DNA of 49,459 bases from Clostridia bacterium (GCA_045597205.1 JAZODT010000073.1:1-49459), one strand, 5' to 3'; numbered from the stretch's first letter, positions 20,577 through 29,819 are shown. Numbers and translations: made by a program. Notes: generated from the letters alone by a model not told the origin.

Positions 20577-20667
20577 GAGGGGATGGATATGGAATCCCCT
20601 CGCCACTTCGTGGCCCTCTCCCCTTTAGACAAGGGGCGCCGAAGCACATAGAAAGGAGTTTGTCAAG

Positions 20668-20859
20668 ATGAGATACAGAGAATGCTCAGTGTGCGGCCAG
20701 TCGCTAGACCCGGCTGAAATTTGCGATTGCCGCCGGCATGAACAGACGGACGAAACCTATGATGGTGCGACACAAGATACAAGAAAGTTTATACTTAAAG
20801 TAGGTTCAGATGTCTTTCGGATGGATACGGAAGGGAGGCTATACTGTTGTTCGAGATAA
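20668..20859 (+). CDS. Small Cys-rich hypothetical protein
   Basis: 63 aa; CSVCGQSLDPAEICDC is zinc-ribbon-like; RBS AAAGGAG lies upstream. Confidence 0.5.
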   Translation: MRYRECSVCGQSLDPAEICDCRRHEQTDETYDGATQDTRKFILKVGSDVFRMDTEGRLYCCSR

Positions 20860-20972
20860 CAGACAAAAATATAGATGATTTTTATGGTGAATGTGAACGT
20901 CCAAAACGGTGGTCCATGAGCTGGCCGTATCAGGATGAGGAACTGGATGATTTTGAGGAGGATGATGCGTAA
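20847..20972 (+). CDS. Small acidic hypothetical protein (41 aa, TTG start)
   Basis: GGGAGG lies 8 nt upstream of the TTG, and the stop overlaps the next ATG (TAATG). It ends in DEELDDFEEDDA. Not in the ORF track. Confidence 0.3.
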   Translation: MFEITDKNIDDFYGECERPKRWSMSWPYQDEELDDFEEDDA

Positions 20973-22087
20973 TGGCGATGTCAGTATACCGTCAATTAGT
21001 CACCGGCCAGGCAGAATGTTTGCAGGCGATTAAAAACGAAATCGGCATGAAGACGAACTGTATGCCTTTCGCTATTAAGCTGATGACAGCATTATCTGAC
21101 CTTGCACCCAAAACCGTCCAGGAGGAATTATATGCCGCCAATGTTCTGCTTGCAGGTCTGCAGACCTTAATGCAGGGCGGAATTATAGCAGAAGACTATG
21201 ACAAAATCGATTTTGTCAAGCGGGGAAAGGCTGTTGTTGCATCTGCAAGAGTAGAGGCCTTTCTCCGGGCTTCGGCCCGAAAGGGGTACCGTATTACCGA
21301 TACGATCGTAGCGGTACCGCGAGAAGACTATGAGACAACATTTTTTAAGGAAAATTTCTTTAATGGAGATATCGTGTACACATTAGAGGACCGGCGCATT
21401 AATGCGGACAGGGCTGTTACTGCTAAGCGCCTGGCGGACAGATATTTTGAAAAGTTTATCTGCAGATTGGACATTCACGAAGTGCAGAGCGGTAAGCGCG
21501 TGGCCATGACGGTTTGCGAAATGTCTATTGATGAGCTGTTGGCTATTGCGTCCGCCAGTGAACAGGGTCTTTTCAAATCCCATTGGGAAGAATATGAAAC
21601 CAAGTGGGGCACTAAGAAAAGGAAAGTCATCACAGATAAACTGAACGAGGACACCTTCTGGGTGAAATGGGCCGGTGAAATGGTCAACAAAACCATTATC
21701 AGAAGAGCCTTAAAGCGCGTGAAAGAGGTTCTGCCGGAGCTGACCGATTCAATTTATGCCTTCGAGCAGGATGAATACATAGAAGATGAGGTTAAGAAGG
21801 AAACTGTGGCCATTGATGTTCCTGTGGAGTATGTGGATGAGGATGATGTTAATCTGCATCAGCTGACAAAGGAACAGCAGGCAGAATGCACGGAGCTTTA
21901 TGAACTTTATAAAGCAAATCCTAAATTGGCTGAGGATAAGTTTGCCGAGATTATGGGGCTGATTGAAGAAGGCTATGCACCGCAGGATATCATCAACAAA
22001 GAATATGCCGGTTTAGTGGTTTTAAAGCGCTCAAAGGCAAAATGGGACAAGATTGGAGGGTATTTTGATGAAAAGAACAAAACTTAA
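20972..22087 (+). CDS. RecT-like single-strand annealing recombinase
   Basis: EAFLRASARKGYRITDTIVAV and MVNKTIIRRALKRV resemble conserved RecT segments. It is paired with a downstream YqaJ-type exonuclease. Confidence 0.6.
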   Translation: MAMSVYRQLVTGQAECLQAIKNEIGMKTNCMPFAIKLMTALSDLAPKTVQEELYAANVLLAGLQTLMQGGIIAEDYDKIDFVKRGKAVVASARVEAFLRASARKGYRITDTIVAVPREDYETTFFKENFFNGDIVYTLEDRRINADRAVTAKRLADRYFEKFICRLDIHEVQSGKRVAMTVCEMSIDELLAIASASEQGLFKSHWEEYETKWGTKKRKVITDKLNEDTFWVKWAGEMVNKTIIRRALKRVKEVLPELTDSIYAFEQDEYIEDEVKKETVAIDVPVEYVDEDDVNLHQLTKEQQAECTELYELYKANPKLAEDKFAEIMGLIEEGYAPQDIINKEYAGLVVLKRSKAKWDKIGGYFDEKNKT

Positions 22088-23108
22088 GCAAGGTACCCTT
22101 GATTGGGAACGAGCCAGAGAGACCCGCATTGGCAGCAGTGAAGTGTTTGACATTGTAAAGTACTATGCCACAGATAACGAACTGCAGTATTGCGGTTTTA
22201 ACCCGGAAGCCTTTCGGGCAGAGAAACCTTATACCACCGTGTGGGCACTTTACCACAAAATGTTGGGTGATGGCTTCTATAAAAGAGAGGCTTTACCCCC
22301 AGAGTTTTCAGAATACGGACACGCCGTAGAACCATACGGCGTGCGTGCTCTGCAGAAAGGCCGGCAGAAGAAGCTCAAGCCGGGGCCGGTATATGCCAAT
22401 GACAGGCTGATTGCGAGTTTAGACATCGAAGGCATTGCTGAGGCGGTGGATGTGGTGCCCTTCCATTATGGGAAGGGTACACCGAAAATAGGGCAGCGGT
22501 TTGTGTGTGAGCAGAAATCTATGCTGCCCGCCGTTGTGAAAAACGGCCTGCCGTTTAAATATATCCTGCAGGCACAGTATCAGCTTATGCAGACGAAAGC
22601 AGACTTTTTTATCCTGCAGCTGATGGTATTAAAGGATGACACGGTGTTTAACCGGGGAAAGATATGCCAGATGTCAAACAGGTCGCGGTATACCTATTTA
22701 GAAGACAAAGTGATTGTGTCCCATTATTATTTTCAGAGCAACGAACATTTATCAAAACTCATTGAAAAATGCCTTGGTTTGTTTTTTAAGGACGTGGATA
22801 ACAGAAAAGAGCCTACACCGTTTATAGAGTATGACAGCGCGAAAAATATTATTGAAAGCATCCGGCTGAACGCTTTATACAACGACAAGATGACACTTCC
22901 TTTTGATTTGGCAGCGTATCGGCAGGCCAAGGAAGAAGAGGAACAGGCTATTAATCGGCGGAAAGCAATTCTGCAGAGTATTGTGGAGCTTGCCAAAGAA
23001 AGCAACGCCTGCCGGTTTCGTTCAGAGGACGGTACAACGGCAGCCTTTGCAAAGGACGGCAGCTTCAGGATGAGACTTCCGGCAGAGGAGGTGGCGGTAT
23101 GCAATTAA
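22068..23108 (+). CDS. YqaJ-like (lambda Exo-type) recombination exonuclease
   Basis: N-terminus KQGTLDWERARETRIGSSEV is typical of the YqaJ family. ATG 22068 lies 7 nt after GGAGGG. Confidence 0.7.
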   Translation: MKRTKLKQGTLDWERARETRIGSSEVFDIVKYYATDNELQYCGFNPEAFRAEKPYTTVWALYHKMLGDGFYKREALPPEFSEYGHAVEPYGVRALQKGRQKKLKPGPVYANDRLIASLDIEGIAEAVDVVPFHYGKGTPKIGQRFVCEQKSMLPAVVKNGLPFKYILQAQYQLMQTKADFFILQLMVLKDDTVFNRGKICQMSNRSRYTYLEDKVIVSHYYFQSNEHLSKLIEKCLGLFFKDVDNRKEPTPFIEYDSAKNIIESIRLNALYNDKMTLPFDLAAYRQAKEEEEQAINRRKAILQSIVELAKESNACRFRSEDGTTAAFAKDGSFRMRLPAEEVAVCN

Positions 23109-24658
23109 GACCTTATCAAGACCAAGCGGTGACCCATGCCACGGATATGCTTTCTGAACGTGGCAATTCTTTAATCGTAGCCGGTACCGGTGCAGGAAAG
23201 ACCATTATGCTGGCGGCGGTGATTGGTCGATTCTTTAACGGATTTCGTGCTATTCATAAAAGAAGTCCGCACATTTTGGTGCTTGTGCACAGAGAAGAGA
23301 TTCACAATCAGAATCACAAGAAGTTTTCTTTGGTGTGCCCCAACATTTCCACTTCCGAAATTACTGCTGTGCGGAAAAGCCTTCACGGCAACGTGCATTT
23401 CGGCATGGTGCAGACAGTGGGCAATTTGCTTCACGAGTTTGCAAAAGCCGGCAGTTATTTCGATTTAATTGTTATTGACGAGGCGCATCATGCTGCAGCT
23501 TCTACCTATGAAGAAATTATTAAGTGGAACAAAGCAGGCAAGCCTGATGCGGCATTATTAGGCGTGACGGCTACACCCAACCGAGGCGACAAACTACCGC
23601 TGATACATCTGTTTGATAACTATTATCAGATCAGCGTGAAATTTTTAATTGAAAGTCATTATTTGGTGCGGCCTGCCTTTTTGGATTTGTCTCCGGTGTT
23701 TAACATTGGCGATAAGTCAGAAACCGGCCATCTTGCCAAAAACTGCAAGGATGATGTGGAAGGACGTGCTATGATAGATAATCTGTGTGATTTCTTTTTA
23801 GAAAGGAAAGAACCGGGAAAGAGCATTATCTTTGCGCCAAACCACGAATTTTGCGAAAGGATCTATGACCGGCTTAAAAGCTCCGGGAGAAATCCGGCTT
23901 ATTTGGGATTGGGTCTTGATGATGCTTCCAGGAAAGCGGAGCTTGACCGGTTCGAAAACGGCGAATGCGAAGAGCTGATTAATGTGGATATCTGCACGGA
24001 AGGCTATGATTACCCCGACCTTCGCAACCTTGTTGATTTTGACACCAACGGTACCCATGGGCAATGGGTGCAGAAGGTTGGCCGGGTTCTTCGCACAGCG
24101 CCAGGGAAAGCATCCTGCACCGTTATCGATTTTGGCGGGAATGTGGCCTTATATCCTGACGGCATTGAAACAGATGTAGCCTTAGAGGGTGCGGTTAAAA
24201 AAGAAAAAGGCCAGAAGCTCATGGAGCGGGATCTGTTTAAAAACGGTACCGAAAAAGTTACAGCCCAAGTGATTGATGAAACAGATGAGACGTTTACACC
24301 GTACCATCTGCCACCGGGGTTTGAGACTGTTAATGATGCAGATTATGGGATTGTGTTTGTCTCCTGCGGAGAAAAAAAGGATTGCATTATCGTGCCGGAT
24401 GGAGATGCTTTCATATTATATCGAGGGAATAAAAAAGAGCTTCGCCAGAGTATGCGTGCTGATTTTAATGCCTGCATGGGAACGGCGGTTCTTTGCAGCG
24501 ACGCCCCGCCTGCAAGCGGGAGGATCATCAGTAACCTGCAGATTAAAATGTTGGCGCCGGAATATCCTACTTCTGCTCTGACATGGGAAGGTGCCAACTG
24601 CTGCATTTGCTGGAAGACATGGAAGAGTGTTATTTCATCGGATGGTGCAGGCTTATGA
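23099..24658 (+). CDS. SF2 DEAD/DEAH-box helicase
   Basis: Walker A AGTGAGKT, motif II VIDEAHH, GVTATP, and a later TEGYDYP..L helicase C region. Confidence 0.88.
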   Translation: MQLRPYQDQAVTHATDMLSERGNSLIVAGTGAGKTIMLAAVIGRFFNGFRAIHKRSPHILVLVHREEIHNQNHKKFSLVCPNISTSEITAVRKSLHGNVHFGMVQTVGNLLHEFAKAGSYFDLIVIDEAHHAAASTYEEIIKWNKAGKPDAALLGVTATPNRGDKLPLIHLFDNYYQISVKFLIESHYLVRPAFLDLSPVFNIGDKSETGHLAKNCKDDVEGRAMIDNLCDFFLERKEPGKSIIFAPNHEFCERIYDRLKSSGRNPAYLGLGLDDASRKAELDRFENGECEELINVDICTEGYDYPDLRNLVDFDTNGTHGQWVQKVGRVLRTAPGKASCTVIDFGGNVALYPDGIETDVALEGAVKKEKGQKLMERDLFKNGTEKVTAQVIDETDETFTPYHLPPGFETVNDADYGIVFVSCGEKKDCIIVPDGDAFILYRGNKKELRQSMRADFNACMGTAVLCSDAPPASGRIISNLQIKMLAPEYPTSALTWEGANCCICWKTWKSVISSDGAGL

Positions 24659-25299
24659 TATTGGGAAATATTGTTGCTTATGATGGCAGCATTTTAACAG
24701 TTAAAGCCCGATTTCGCGATACAGAGCAGATGATCAGGAAGGGCATTCACACGGCGCAGGTGATATTGGAAGATGGGCGGCATATTTCATTAGAACAAAG
24801 AAAAAAGATATATGCTACCTTTAATGACATAGCAAATTACACTGGGTACGTGCCTGAGGAGGTTAAGGCATTTGCAAAATGCGATTTCATAGCGGCTACC
24901 GGATATGATGATTTCTCTTTATCGGATGTGGATATGAGTACTGCCAGAGCCTTTTTAGAGCATTTAATAGAGTTTTGTCTTTTGTGGGGCATCCCCACCA
25001 AAGATTCCCTTTTAGATCGTGCGCCGGATGTAGCGCGGTACATTTACAAGTGCGCACTGCATAAAAAGTGCTGCATCTCCGGCAAGAAGGCGGAACTCCA
25101 TCATTTGGATGCGGTGGGCATGGGCCGGAACCGGAAGGACATTATCCATATTGGGATGGAAGTGATTCCGCTGTCAGCGGCGTTGCATCAGGAAGCGCAC
25201 ACTATAGGCAAGAAAAGCTTTTGCGAGAAGTATCATGTGTTTGGTGTACGGGCAGATGAGGAAATCTGCAGAACATATAAATTGAAAGGAAGAGATTAA
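24655..25299 (+). CDS. Putative HNH-type nuclease (phage HNHc-like)
   Basis: ATG 24655 overlaps the helicase stop. The C-terminal sequence CCISGKKAELHHLDAVGMGRNRK...HQEAH is HNH-like. Confidence 0.7.
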   Translation: MILGNIVAYDGSILTVKARFRDTEQMIRKGIHTAQVILEDGRHISLEQRKKIYATFNDIANYTGYVPEEVKAFAKCDFIAATGYDDFSLSDVDMSTARAFLEHLIEFCLLWGIPTKDSLLDRAPDVARYIYKCALHKKCCISGKKAELHHLDAVGMGRNRKDIIHIGMEVIPLSAALHQEAHTIGKKSFCEKYHVFGVRADEEICRTYKLKGRD

Positions 25300-25719
25300 A
25301 TGAACAAAGTCGAACTGAAGGAAATGATTGGCGGCGGTTTGCAGGAGCAGTTTGGGAAATCTTTTGAAAAAGTGGTCGAGAACCTTTTGAATCCCAACAC
25401 GCCCTATAAGAAAGTCGTGAAATCACCATTAAGCTGAAATTTACACAGAATGAAGCAAGGGACGATGTGAAATGCGCCGTGCAGGTTTCTGAAAAATTAG
25501 CGCCGCAGGCACCCATGGAGACTGCTTTTGCAATAGGGAAGAATCTGCGTGACGGTAAGTTGTATGCCGAAGAATACGGCAAGCAGTTAAAGGGGTCAAA
25601 TGTCACTGGATGACACAGAGCAGCCAAAAGTGGTTTCTGTGGATACGGAGACAGGTGAAATCCTTGGAGAGCAACAGCGCGGAACGGTTATTAATTTTAG
25701 AAAAGCAGCAGCACAATAA
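25300..25719 (+). pseudogene. Phage hypothetical gene split over two frames (apparent double frameshift)
   Basis: Frame 1 runs 25300-25437 (MNKVELKEMIGGGLQEQFGKSFEKVVENLLNPNTPYKK..). Frame 0 is open 25410-25613 with no start codon (REITIKLKFTQNEARDDVKCAVQVSEKLAPQAPMETAFAIGKNLRDGKLYAEEYGKQLKG). Frame 1 resumes at 25597 and runs to 25719 (QMSLDDTEQPKVVSVDTETGEILGEQQRGTVINFRKAAAQ). Confidence 0.55.
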
Positions 25720-25730
25720 GAAAGGAATAG

Positions 25731-26462
25731 GTGAGAAAAATGATTGAAAAAGCATTACGATATTTAAACAGCATGGTGACTCCTACCATTAGAGAGATTA
25801 ACGGCGAACAGTACTCGGATAAGCCATTACACAGAATATACCGCAACCCTAAGGCCAGCGCAATAGAAATGAATACATTATCCAGCTTGGTTGATTACAT
25901 TAAATCCGATGTGGATGAGATGAAAGGCAATATGATTATTCATATTCAGAGCCCCACAAGGGTGGAGTTATATTCATGCCTGGATGATGAAAGGGAACGA
26001 GAGCATATTGCGGTTGTTTATGCGCGTGTTCCGGATTTTAAATTCGGGCAATTTATGGAACACGAAAACTTTTGCATTAATTTGCAATCTAAATTCATTA
26101 GTGACCCAGATACTGATAAGGAGCTGCTTTTAAAATTTGCCGGAACCGTTGAAGCCGGAAGTGTAGCAGAATACGGCGATGATGGCGTGACACAAAAGGC
26201 AACAGTGAAAACAGGTATTACATCTAAGGAGGATGCTGTTGTTCCCAGTCCTGCATTCTTAATTCCTTACAGAACCTTTATCGAAGTAGAACAGCCGGGT
26301 TCACAGTTTATCTTCAGGATGAAAGACGGAAAATATGATGGTGTGCAATGCGCTCTGTTCGAAGCTGATGGCGGTGCATGGGAGATTGAGGCCATGGACA
26401 ATATCAAGACCTATTTAGAGGTTCAATTGGAAGGTATTGAAAATTTTATCATTATCTCATAA
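25731..26462 (+). CDS. Hypothetical phage protein
   Basis: 243-aa ORF in the replication/recombination module, starting at GTG 25731 or ATG 25740. No motif recognised. Confidence 0.6.
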   Translation: MRKMIEKALRYLNSMVTPTIREINGEQYSDKPLHRIYRNPKASAIEMNTLSSLVDYIKSDVDEMKGNMIIHIQSPTRVELYSCLDDEREREHIAVVYARVPDFKFGQFMEHENFCINLQSKFISDPDTDKELLLKFAGTVEAGSVAEYGDDGVTQKATVKTGITSKEDAVVPSPAFLIPYRTFIEVEQPGSQFIFRMKDGKYDGVQCALFEADGGAWEIEAMDNIKTYLEVQLEGIENFIIIS

Positions 26463-26472
26463 ATTAAACGTT

Positions 26473-26500
26473 GCCCTTGCCGGTGCATGCCGGCAAGGGC
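26473..26500 (+). terminator. Strong hairpin after the 25731-26462 gene (weak T tail)
   Basis: Perfect 11-bp stem GCCCTTGCCGG/CCGGCAAGGGC, followed only by TTTCC. Confidence 0.35.
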
Positions 26501-26518
26501 TTTCCGGAAGGTGATTAT

Positions 26519-26914
26519 ATGAACAAGGTGATTTTAGTAGGCAGACTTGCAAAAGATCCGGAGCTTCGTGCCACACAGAGCGGTACTTCGGTGGTTAGTT
26601 TTACAGTAGCGTGTGACCGTAAGTTTACAGAAGAGGGCGAACGGTCTGCCGACTTCATCAGCTGCATTGCCTGGGGTAAGACAGCTGAGTTTATCAGCCG
26701 GTATTTTACTAAAGGGATGCGGATTGCGCTGTCAGGTCGGATTCAGGTGCGGAGCTGGGAGGATGACAAGGGCAATAAGCGGTATGCCACAGAGGTTGTG
26801 GCGGAAGATGTGGAATTTGCACAGAGTAAGAACGAAGGCGGACAAGCTCCATCAGCGCCAAATGCGGACCTGGATGGATTTATGCCGGTAGAGGATGAGG
26901 ATTTGCCGTTTTAA
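26519..26914 (+). CDS. ssb: Single-stranded DNA-binding protein
   Basis: MNKVILVGRLAKDPELR OB-fold N-terminus and an acidic tail ending in DEDLPF. Confidence 0.95.
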   Translation: MNKVILVGRLAKDPELRATQSGTSVVSFTVACDRKFTEEGERSADFISCIAWGKTAEFISRYFTKGMRIALSGRIQVRSWEDDKGNKRYATEVVAEDVEFAQSKNEGGQAPSAPNADLDGFMPVEDEDLPF

Positions 26915-26932
26915 AATTGGAGGGGGCTAACG

Positions 26933-27613
26933 TTGAAAAACAGTTTAATTTTATATCATGCTTATTCAGAACACTTTGAGCTTTTAACTGATGAAGAGTT
27001 AGGGCAACTCCTTCGTGCGATAATGCTTTATGATGAGCAGGGCATTATTACAGAACTTGAAGGCATGGCGAAGATGGCATTTTCTTTTATTAAAAAAGAT
27101 TTAGATATTTCTCGGGAAAAGTATGCGGCTAAATGTGAAAAGAACCGGGAGAACGGCGAAAAAGGCGGTCGAGGTAATAAAAAGGAAATTGAAGAACAAA
27201 GCGAACGCAAAAACGAAGAAAGCGAAAAAAGCGAACGCTTTTCCGAAAAACCCAAAAAAGCCGATAATGATAATGATAATGAAAATAATAATGAGCATGA
27301 TAATGATAATGTAAAGCGTAAACGCTTTAAGGCGCCTGCTCTTTCGGAAGTGCAGGCCTACTGTGCCGAGCGTAAAAACAATGTTGACCCTGAGCGGTTT
27401 ATGGCCTATTATACATCCAATGGCTGGAAGGTAGGGAAGAATCCTATGAAGGATTGGAAGGCAGCGGTAAGAAGCTGGGAAAAGAACGAGCTTGACATAG
27501 GCAGCTCGGCAGGGCAGAGAGCGGCACCGGCAAAACCGTCCAGGCATGACTATGAGGAGCTGCAGCGTAAAGCGTTTATGAATTTGAACAGCGGAGGGAT
27601 AAAGGATGATTAA
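26933..27613 (+). CDS. Replisome-organizer-like phage protein with conserved phage C-terminal domain
   Basis: The C-terminus VQAYCAERKNNVDPERFMAYYTSNGWKVGKNPMKDWKAAVRSWEKN matches the conserved phage C-terminal motif seen in replication-module proteins. A central D/N/E low-complexity linker is present. TTG start after GGAGGGGG. Confidence 0.5.
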   Translation: MKNSLILYHAYSEHFELLTDEELGQLLRAIMLYDEQGIITELEGMAKMAFSFIKKDLDISREKYAAKCEKNRENGEKGGRGNKKEIEEQSERKNEESEKSERFSEKPKKADNDNDNENNNEHDNDNVKRKRFKAPALSEVQAYCAERKNNVDPERFMAYYTSNGWKVGKNPMKDWKAAVRSWEKNELDIGSSAGQRAAPAKPSRHDYEELQRKAFMNLNSGGIKDD

Positions 27614-27959
27614 AATTACAGTGCCTAATATTCCGCCGTCAAACAACGAGTTTATGGGGAACAGCCATTCCTTTCGAGTTTATCAGGAACGGAAGGAAGA
27701 ATGGCATTGGCTTGTGAAAGCAGCTATCAGAGAAAGACCTGTCCGGCCCTTTGCTAAGGCAACGGTGACCATTACATATTTCTTCCCGGACAGAAGGCGG
27801 AGAGACCTGGACAATTATAGCGGGAAGTTTATTTTAGATGCCCTGGTGAAAGAAGGCATCATCGCAGATGATAACTTTTTCGTGATTAACCTTCAGCTGA
27901 AGGCGGAGATAGATAGGGCAAGAGTGAGAACGGAGATTATGGTGGAAGGAGAAGCATGA
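27606..27959 (+). CDS. rusA: RusA family Holliday junction resolvase
   Basis: RRRDLDNYSGKFILDALVKEGIIADDN motif; 117 aa. Confidence 0.85.
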   Translation: MIKITVPNIPPSNNEFMGNSHSFRVYQERKEEWHWLVKAAIRERPVRPFAKATVTITYFFPDRRRRDLDNYSGKFILDALVKEGIIADDNFFVINLQLKAEIDRARVRTEIMVEGEA

Positions 27960-28279
27960 TGAATTTAACTGAATTTGCAAAAAAGGTACATCAGAACGCA
28001 GTGGAGCATGGCTGGTGGGAGGAAGAGCGGAGTTTTGGAGATATTGTTGCATTGTGTCATTCTGAACTGTCTGAAGCTTTGGAGGAATACAGAAAAAATA
28101 ATCCGCATTTTTACTATGACGGTGAAAAGCCAGAAGGGATAGCGGTTGAATTGGCGGATTGTATCATTCGAATTTTGGACTATTGCGGCCGAGAAGAAAT
28201 TGATATCGAGGCTATCATCCTGGAGAAACATGAGTTTAATAAGACCAGGCCGTATAAACATGGTGGGAAGGTGATGTAG
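27956..28279 (+). CDS. MazG-like nucleotide pyrophosphohydrolase
   Basis: EHGWWEE, LCHSELSEALEEYR and AVELADCIIRILDY are typical of phage MazG-like all-alpha NTP-PPases. Confidence 0.65.
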   Translation: MMNLTEFAKKVHQNAVEHGWWEEERSFGDIVALCHSELSEALEEYRKNNPHFYYDGEKPEGIAVELADCIIRILDYCGREEIDIEAIILEKHEFNKTRPYKHGGKVM

Positions 28280-28441
28280 CGTGAGAAAATGCATTCATGA
28301 ATGCAAATACAGTGCACACGGATGGCGTGGAATCCGGTGCAAGACTACAGGAACATTCAGACATGGTTGCGAATGGAGACGATGCCGGTGGTTTCGGCCG
28401 ACGCTGTGGTTCAGGTTGTTTGGGAAATGGTGGTGAGGAAG

Positions 28442-28993
28442 ATGACAGATAACGAGATTATAAAGCTTTATGAAGTGTGCAAAAAATTAACAGAATGCAG
28501 GGGTTGTGGGGCTTACGACACAGAGTTTTGTCTTGATAAACACCCTGAAATGATAACAGACCTAATCAACCGCCAAAAAGCAGAGATTGTCGAGTTGCAA
28601 CACAAAATTGAGAGTTGCAATTCAGAGATTAAGAGGTTGGAAGAAGCAGGGGAAGAAGCCGTTTCTTGTTTTACTCGCATGGAAACACTTTATAAAATCA
28701 AATGCAAGGAATTAGAGGTTGTAAAAAACCGTAGCAATTCAGTTTTGTTACCGGACTTAAAGTATCGGCAGACGGTATACCTAATTTACGGAGGCAAAGT
28801 AAAGCCTTTAGAAGTTAGCTCCTACACAATAAGGCCTGAATATAATAATTTATTACAGATTCATCTATATAAAAACGGATTTAATGGTTGTTGTACGATG
28901 GAGGATTTTGGCAAAACAGTATTCCTCGCCAAGGAGGAAGCCGAACAGGCATTGAGAAAGGATGATGGGAATGAAAGCAAAACTGAAATTTGA
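28442..28993 (+). CDS. Hypothetical coiled-coil protein
   Basis: The ORF track starts it at 28301. ATG 28442 follows GGTGAGGAAG, and the 28281-28436 stretch can instead encode a 51-aa Cys-rich ORF in another frame, so the true start is uncertain. Confidence 0.5.
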   Translation: MTDNEIIKLYEVCKKLTECRGCGAYDTEFCLDKHPEMITDLINRQKAEIVELQHKIESCNSEIKRLEEAGEEAVSCFTRMETLYKIKCKELEVVKNRSNSVLLPDLKYRQTVYLIYGGKVKPLEVSSYTIRPEYNNLLQIHLYKNGFNGCCTMEDFGKTVFLAKEEAEQALRKDDGNESKTEI

Positions 28994-29300
28994 TTGCAAA
29001 AACTGTATTGACGATATAACCATTGAAGTAGATTTTGTTGGAAAAACAATGACGGATTTTACCAAAATAAGAGGAATAGCACATAAGCAAGGATGGTCTA
29101 TCGGGAGAGATTGCTATTGCCCGTCTTGTTATGCTAATCTTCCAGCCCATTGTGGTACTTGCGAACATTTTGAGGGGAATAAGTCGATGGGTGGTTTGCT
29201 GTGCCGAAAGGATGGGAATTTTACAACATCATATGACTATTGCGAAAGTTACCAACCTTTTCACGGATATAAAGAGAAAGGCGGTGCGGAGGATGCGTGA
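28962..29300 (+). CDS. Cys-rich hypothetical protein
   Basis: CKNC, CYCPSC and CGTCEHF clusters suggest zinc binding. ATG 28971 is an alternative start. Confidence 0.5.
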   Translation: MMGMKAKLKFDCKNCIDDITIEVDFVGKTMTDFTKIRGIAHKQGWSIGRDCYCPSCYANLPAHCGTCEHFEGNKSMGGLLCRKDGNFTTSYDYCESYQPFHGYKEKGGAEDA

Positions 29301-29667
29301 AATTTTATGCAGAGGAAAAAGTGAAGACACTCTCCAATGGGTTGAGGGCTGGTATTACAAAACCTATTGTAAAACCGGAATACAGGAGAGAGGACATTTC
29401 AAATACATAAACTGTTTACCAGAGACAATAGGACAATACACAGGCTTAACCGACAAGAACGGCAGGAAGATTTTTGAGGGGGATATTGGAAGAGGCGTTG
29501 ATGGATTGTTTCTTGTTCGTTGGAGCGAAGGAAAATCTGCATTTGTTATGAATTTTTATGATTATCCGTGTGAAGAATTATATCTTGAAGAAATGTGGGA
29601 TGATAGCGAAGTAATCGGCAACATACACGATAATCCGGAACTATTGGAAGGCGGTGGGGAGGGATGA
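29293..29667 (+). CDS. YopX family protein
   Basis: GQYTGLTDKNGRKIFEGDI and VIGNIHDNPELL are hallmark YopX motifs. ATG 29293 is preferred over 29131. Confidence 0.8.
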   Translation: MREILCRGKSEDTLQWVEGWYYKTYCKTGIQERGHFKYINCLPETIGQYTGLTDKNGRKIFEGDIGRGVDGLFLVRWSEGKSAFVMNFYDYPCEELYLEEMWDDSEVIGNIHDNPELLEGGGEG

Positions 29668-29819
29668 CATTACATGACATATCTAATATTCGTAGATTTA
29701 TTGGTATGGTAGAGGGAGTTACATTTTCTTTGCCTGAACAGGCACAATCTTTGATATATGATTATATCGAGGTTGTAGATGCTATTCTTGACCGAGAAGA
29801 GAAAGAAGGTGCGGAGTGA
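29664..29819 (+). CDS. Small hypothetical protein (51 aa)
   Basis: The ATG overlaps the YopX stop (GGATGA) and its own stop overlaps the next start (GTGATG). Not in the ORF track. Confidence 0.35.
   Translation: MTLHDISNIRRFIGMVEGVTFSLPEQAQSLIYDYIEVVDAILDREEKEGAE

Noticed and set aside
25202-25627. 141-aa minus-strand ORF
   Set aside because: It is antisense to the frameshifted early gene and the HNH gene end. It has no start context, and the plus-strand reading gives a far more protein-like sequence.
27101-27646. 181-aa minus-strand ORF and the 63-aa plus ORF at 27123-27314
   Set aside because: They are artefacts of the low-complexity GATAAT/AAGCGAA repeat region inside the replisome-organizer gene (runs of I/F/K).
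28281-28436. 51-aa Cys-rich ORF (VRKCIHECKYSAHGWRGIRCKTTGTFRHGCEWRRCRW...) overlapping the 5' part of ORF 28301-28993
   Set aside because: It cannot be distinguished by eye from the alternative long N-terminus of the 230-aa ORF. It is kept only as a note on the start-site uncertainty of the 28442-28993 feature.
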